This document shows, piece after piece, positions 26,555 through 27,820 of a DNA stretch of 27,820 nucleotides; position 1 is the first letter of the stretch; every line of letters begins with the position of its first letter. Origin of the DNA: Candidatus Krumholzibacteriia bacterium (GTDB lineage Bacteria; Krumholzibacteriota; Krumholzibacteriia; WVZY01); assembly GCA_036478295.1 (NCBI GenBank), contig JAZGDW010000096.1, positions 1 through 27,820 of the forward strand, written 5' to 3'. A model generated the notes under the pieces. The model made no database searches, had not been told where the DNA came from, and saw only the letters and a list, made by a program, of their open reading frames with translations. The translations under genes were made by a program, and so were the position numbers.

Positions 26555-27233
26555 GCGCGCCGCCTTTGACAAGCTCGTCCGCCCCGCGAAGGGCTTGATC
26601 TTCGACTTTGACGGTTTTCTCGCCGACAGCGAGAAGTATCATTTCTTGTCGTACAAGGAAGTATTCGCTCGCTACGGCCACGACGTCGACGAGGTCGAAT
26701 ACTACAAGTACTGGACGTCCCTGGGGCACGGCGCCAGGGGGGAGATCGAGCGCCACAACCTGGACCTCGACCGATTGGCCATCCGTAACGAGAAGCTGCC
26801 TATCTTCGCGCGCTACTGCGAGGATGGCAGCATCAAGCTCTTCGACGAGGCCCGCGAGATGCTGGAGGTCTTCGCACGTTCGGACAAGACCCTCGCCATC
26901 GCCAGCGGATCGCCCTCGGCGGACATAAGAGCGGTGCTTCGAAACGGGGATGTCGGCGATATCTTCACCACCATCATCGGCAGCGACATGGTTCCCGTCA
27001 TCAAGCCCGAGCCGCTTATTTTCTTCAAAACGCTCGAGGCAATCTCACTCTCCGCCGAGCAGTGCGTGGTTTTTGAGGATGCGGAAAAAGGAATGATGGC
27101 GGCCAACGCCGCCGGCATCCCGGTAATCGTGGTGCGAACCCGAGAAACCCGTGATTTCGATTTCAGCGCGGCAAATCTGGTTCTTGAATCGCATGTTGAG
27201 CTGCTTGAGTGCGTGAGGAAGATCGATAGTTAG
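26547..27233 (+). CDS. HAD-superfamily hydrolase (beta-PGM/CbbY-like)
   Basis: Motif I FDFDG.LADSE, motif II IASGS, motif III KPEP, motif IV FEDAEKG; TTG start overlaps the upstream stop. Confidence 0.9.
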   Translation: MDKRAAFDKLVRPAKGLIFDFDGFLADSEKYHFLSYKEVFARYGHDVDEVEYYKYWTSLGHGARGEIERHNLDLDRLAIRNEKLPIFARYCEDGSIKLFDEAREMLEVFARSDKTLAIASGSPSADIRAVLRNGDVGDIFTTIIGSDMVPVIKPEPLIFFKTLEAISLSAEQCVVFEDAEKGMMAANAAGIPVIVVRTRETRDFDFSAANLVLESHVELLECVRKIDS

Positions 27234-27566
27234 TCCCCCACCGCGCCGCCGGTACGCTGCACGCGGTCAATATTCACAGTGAGTTTGTGAAAAAAGTGCG
27301 TACTCCCCAGGCTGTCCAAAAACTCCTTCTTAGGAGGTGAGTGTAGCTGATGTGTATGGGGTTGCGGGAGCAGCCCCTTGTTATCACCACCAAAAGTTGG
27401 TCCCGCAGCGGGAGCGATATTATTTTAACCTGGCCGTCCCCCCCCTTTGCCAGGAACCGGGACCGCGAGTTCTAGACCACTTTGGGGAGAGTAACGCCGC
27501 AAGCATAGCGGAAAGGATGTTCGCTTTTGTGCACCGTCCGAGTTCTTGAACTGTGTTGATTTCCTT

Positions 27567-27820
27567 CTACCTGACCCCGCCCGTTGTCGTCCGCAAGATC
27601 GTACCGCCCACTCCCACGGCCGTCCCCGTCGTGGCATCGGTAAAGGAGACGCCCAAGAGCGTGCTCAACGTCCCGCTCGTTTGACTGACCCAACTGCGCC
27701 CCCCATCGGTGGTGCGAATGATCGTACCCCCACGTCCCACGGCCGTCCCCGTCATGGCATCGGTAAAGGAGACGTCTCGGAGATCGTTTGTCGTTCCGCT
27801 CGTTTGACTCACCCAACTGC
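27567..27820 (-). CDS. 3' end of a Ycf48/BNR-repeat (beta-propeller) protein; partial
   Basis: Two 41-aa (123-bp) repeats of the form SWVSQTSGT...L..VSFTDA.TGTAVG.GGTI.RTT.GG; the frame is open to the right edge of the window. Confidence 0.85.
   Translation of the reverse strand, partial: SWVSQTSGTTNDLRDVSFTDAMTGTAVGRGGTIIRTTDGGRSWVSQTSGTLSTLLGVSFTDATTGTAVGVGGTILRTTTGGVR

Noticed and set aside
27234..27566. tmRNA, SRP, 6S RNA or c-di-GMP riboswitch
   Set aside because: No tRNA-like ends, SRP CAGG...GGAA...AGCA core or GEMM consensus found on either strand.
27575..27820. 123-bp DNA repeat as a mobile or CRISPR repeat
   Set aside because: It is the in-frame 41-aa propeller-blade repeat of the Ycf48/BNR protein.

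Overview
High-GC, gene-dense bacterial chromosomal window with about 23 real genes. It is probably from a diderm (lipoproteins, a beta-barrel, a Bat operon); the taxon cannot be determined from sequence alone. Left end: the 5' part of mutM (missing from the ORF track), divergent from a TIGR03960-type radical SAM gene, then a membrane GAF protein, a DUF1579 protein and a membrane protein. Centre (5.8-16.5 kb): a compact Ser/Thr phospho-signalling island. It contains an FHA-GAF-HD-GYP phosphodiesterase, a receptor Hanks kinase (TPR-TM-Ig-PEGA) in an apparent operon with a TPR/'KKWWF' protein and a multidomain lipoprotein, a beta-barrel, a PP2C phosphatase, and a coiled-coil (CdvA-like?)-linker-FHA protein. 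Several of these genes are preceded by sigma54-type -24/-12 motifs. Right: a complete moxR-DUF58-batA-batB/C-batD-batE operon carrying several short tandem duplications, a membrane protein + HAD pair, a hairpin-rich intergenic element and the 3' end of a Ycf48/BNR-repeat gene. No rRNA, tRNA, CRISPR array or transposase was seen. All family calls come from motif recognition by eye, not from database searches.
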